Part shown: in pieces, positions 30,668 through 32,000 of the stretch
Numbering within the stretch: the first letter of the stretch is position 1
How the letters are laid out: every line of letters starts with the position of its first letter
Assembly: GCF_000189295.2 (NCBI RefSeq)
Contig: NC_016803.1
Coordinates: 720,001-752,000, forward strand
DNA: 32,000 nt
Source of the DNA: Pseudodesulfovibrio mercurii
Lineage (GTDB): Bacteria; Desulfobacterota; Desulfovibrionia; Desulfovibrionales; Desulfovibrionaceae
Direction: 5' to 3'
Translations under genes and position numbers: made by a program
The notes under the pieces: model-generated
The model's database searches: none
Seen by the model: the letters and a program-made list of their open reading frames with translations, nothing else
What the model was told of the DNA's origin: nothing

Positions 30668-32000
30668 CTAGTTGCCCGAGGGCAGGGTCAGGCTGATGCC
30701 GTCCTTCGCAAGGGAGTCGCGAATGTACTTGAAGTGCTGATACTTGGTCAGCGTAATGGGACCGGTGTAGGTCTCGCTCTGCAGCTTGCGCGGAGGATAC
30801 TGCACGTAGGTCTTCATCAGTTCCTGGATCGCCGCGTTGATGGTCACCACGGTCCAGGTCCGTTCGGTGTAGTTGTTCATGAAGATGTCGTAGCGTTCCT
30901 GCGGATCCGCCCAGAGGTCGAAGATCTGCGGGATGGTAGCGACATACTTGCTCTGGCCCTTCCAACCGAGGTTGGAGTCCACGGCCAGTCCGCCGGTGGC
31001 CTGGCCGTTGTCGCCGCGCAGGTTGAACACGGCCTTGTAGTTGCCGACGCGGGCCGCGCCGGGGGTCAGCTCGTCCTCGGTGAAGTAGAACCAGCTGGTG
31101 CGGGCGCACTTGCCCTTGCCGAACAGGACCGGGGACATGTCATAGCTGTCGAAGATGATCGGCTCTCCGGCACGGTCCTTGGCGGGCAGCTTCACGCCCG
31201 CGACGGAGGCGAAGGTGGCCATGAAGTCCAGGCCGCCGACGATGTCGCTGTTGCGCACGCCGGCCTTGATCTTGCCGGGCATCCAGGCGATGGCGGGAAC
31301 GCGGTTGCCGCCTTCACGCACGGTGCCCTTGGTGCCGCGGAACGGGGTGTAGCCCGCATCGGGGTACACGTCCTGCCAGGCGCCGTTGTCCGTGGTCCAG
31401 AAGACCAGGGTGTTCTTGTCCAGGCCGAGCTTGCGCAGCTTGTCCATGATGCGGCCGACACGGGTGTCGAGCTCGACGATGGAGTCCGCATACTTGGACT
31501 TGGACATCGACTTGTGCTCGAACTCCGGGGCCGGCATGTTCGGCTGGTGAACCTTCATGAAGTTCACGTTGATGAAGAAGGGCTTGCCCTCCTTGGCGTC
31601 CTTGGCGCCCTGCTCCAGGAACTCCAGGGCCGCCTTTTCCACGTAGCTGTCCAGGAAGGGAATGCCGACCACGCCCTTTTCCGGGGTGTTCACGTATTCG
31701 CCGTTGACCGTCCAGTCCTGCTTGGCCTTTTCCCCGGCCTTGCCGGACAGGGAGCCCTTGGTCACCTTCTGGAACATTTCCCGCAGCTTGGGATCCATGT
31801 CCGGGAACCACTTGGGATCGCCGTAGGTGTAGGCGTTGAGGTGGTAGAGGAAGCAGTACTTCATGTCGTCGTAGCCCTGGGCGTTGGGCAGGGCGTAGTC
31901 GTCCTCGCCCAGGTGCCACTTGCCGGTGAAGTAGGTGGCGTAGCCGGCCTGTTTGAGGACCGAGGCCAGCGTCCACTCGGCCGCGGGCAGGCCGCCGCCC
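30668..32000 (-). CDS. Arylsulfatase-family (type I sulfatase) protein, N-terminus outside the window
   Basis: The frame stays open upstream of Met 31864 to the window edge (…GGLPAAEWTLASVLKQAGYATYFTGKWHLGEDDY…). Sulfatase patterns are present (FTGKWHLG, FWTTDNGAW, RGTKGTVREGGNRVP). The formylglycine motif would lie beyond the window. Confidence 0.85.
   Translation of the reverse strand, partial: GGGLPAAEWTLASVLKQAGYATYFTGKWHLGEDDYALPNAQGYDDMKYCFLYHLNAYTYGDPKWFPDMDPKLREMFQKVTKGSLSGKAGEKAKQDWTVNGEYVNTPEKGVVGIPFLDSYVEKAALEFLEQGAKDAKEGKPFFINVNFMKVHQPNMPAPEFEHKSMSKSKYADSIVELDTRVGRIMDKLRKLGLDKNTLVFWTTDNGAWQDVYPDAGYTPFRGTKGTVREGGNRVPAIAWMPGKIKAGVRNSDIVGGLDFMATFASVAGVKLPAKDRAGEPIIFDSYDMSPVLFGKGKCARTSWFYFTEDELTPGAARVGNYKAVFNLRGDNGQATGGLAVDSNLGWKGQSKYVATIPQIFDLWADPQERYDIFMNNYTERTWTVVTINAAIQELMKTYVQYPPRKLQSETYTGPITLTKYQHFKYIRDSLAKDGISLTLPSGN

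Noticed and set aside
24853-32000. The tRNA-Val as an integration site, with the downstream - strand block (STAS, bc-type cluster, HAD, sulfatase) as a genomic island.
   Set aside because: There is no integrase or other mobility gene. I found no convincing direct repeat of the tRNA 3' end downstream; the best match is a 9/10 hit at about 28045, which is expected by chance in GC-rich DNA. There is no obvious compositional shift.
1-32000. CRISPR arrays, toxin-antitoxin pairs, restriction-modification or other defence systems, prophage or IS elements.
   Set aside because: I saw no regularly spaced repeats and no nuclease, integrase or transposase-like translations in any frame. The only methyltransferases present are PrmC and a protein-methyltransferase-like enzyme.

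Overview
This is a high-GC (roughly 60-65%) chromosomal segment that looks like a Desulfovibrio/Pseudodesulfovibrio-type sulfate reducer. The guess rests on dsrC, several multiheme cytochromes c and an rnf operon preceded by a decaheme cytochrome. I found no transposase, integrase, CRISPR array, phage gene or recognisable defence gene.

Gene content, left to right:
1. Flagellar regulatory block on the + strand: flhF (partial), flhG, fliA, cheY, a fliL-like gene and three uncharacterised ORFs.
2. Housekeeping block on the - strand: lpxC, prmC, prfA, a DUF1385 gene, rpmE and dsrC.
3. A co-directional - strand run: receiver-only response regulator, Tim44-like membrane protein, protein-methyltransferase-like enzyme, and a YcaO-TPR protein. 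The last two are joined by a GTGA start/stop overlap, and the run ends immediately upstream of dsrC.
4. A SHOCT/HD pair, an atypical thioredoxin-reductase-like flavoprotein and a PilZ protein.
5. An rnf locus: small membrane ORF, decaheme cytochrome c, then rnfC-D-G-E, a DUF2059 gene, rnfA and rnfB.
6. tRNA-Val(CAC).
7. A - strand block: STAS-like protein, a Rieske/cytochrome b/octaheme-TPR cytochrome cluster, a secreted HAD hydrolase and a partial sulfatase.

The best candidates for something new are:
- The rnf locus. RnfB is fused to a complete GltD/NfnB-like NAD(P)H-FAD-FeS module, while RnfC lacks the canonical NADH/FMN motifs. An extra periplasmic gene also sits inside the operon.
- The translationally coupled methyltransferase-YcaO pair next to dsrC.
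- The non-canonical bc-type complex.

All functional calls come from motif and family recognition by eye. No database search was run.
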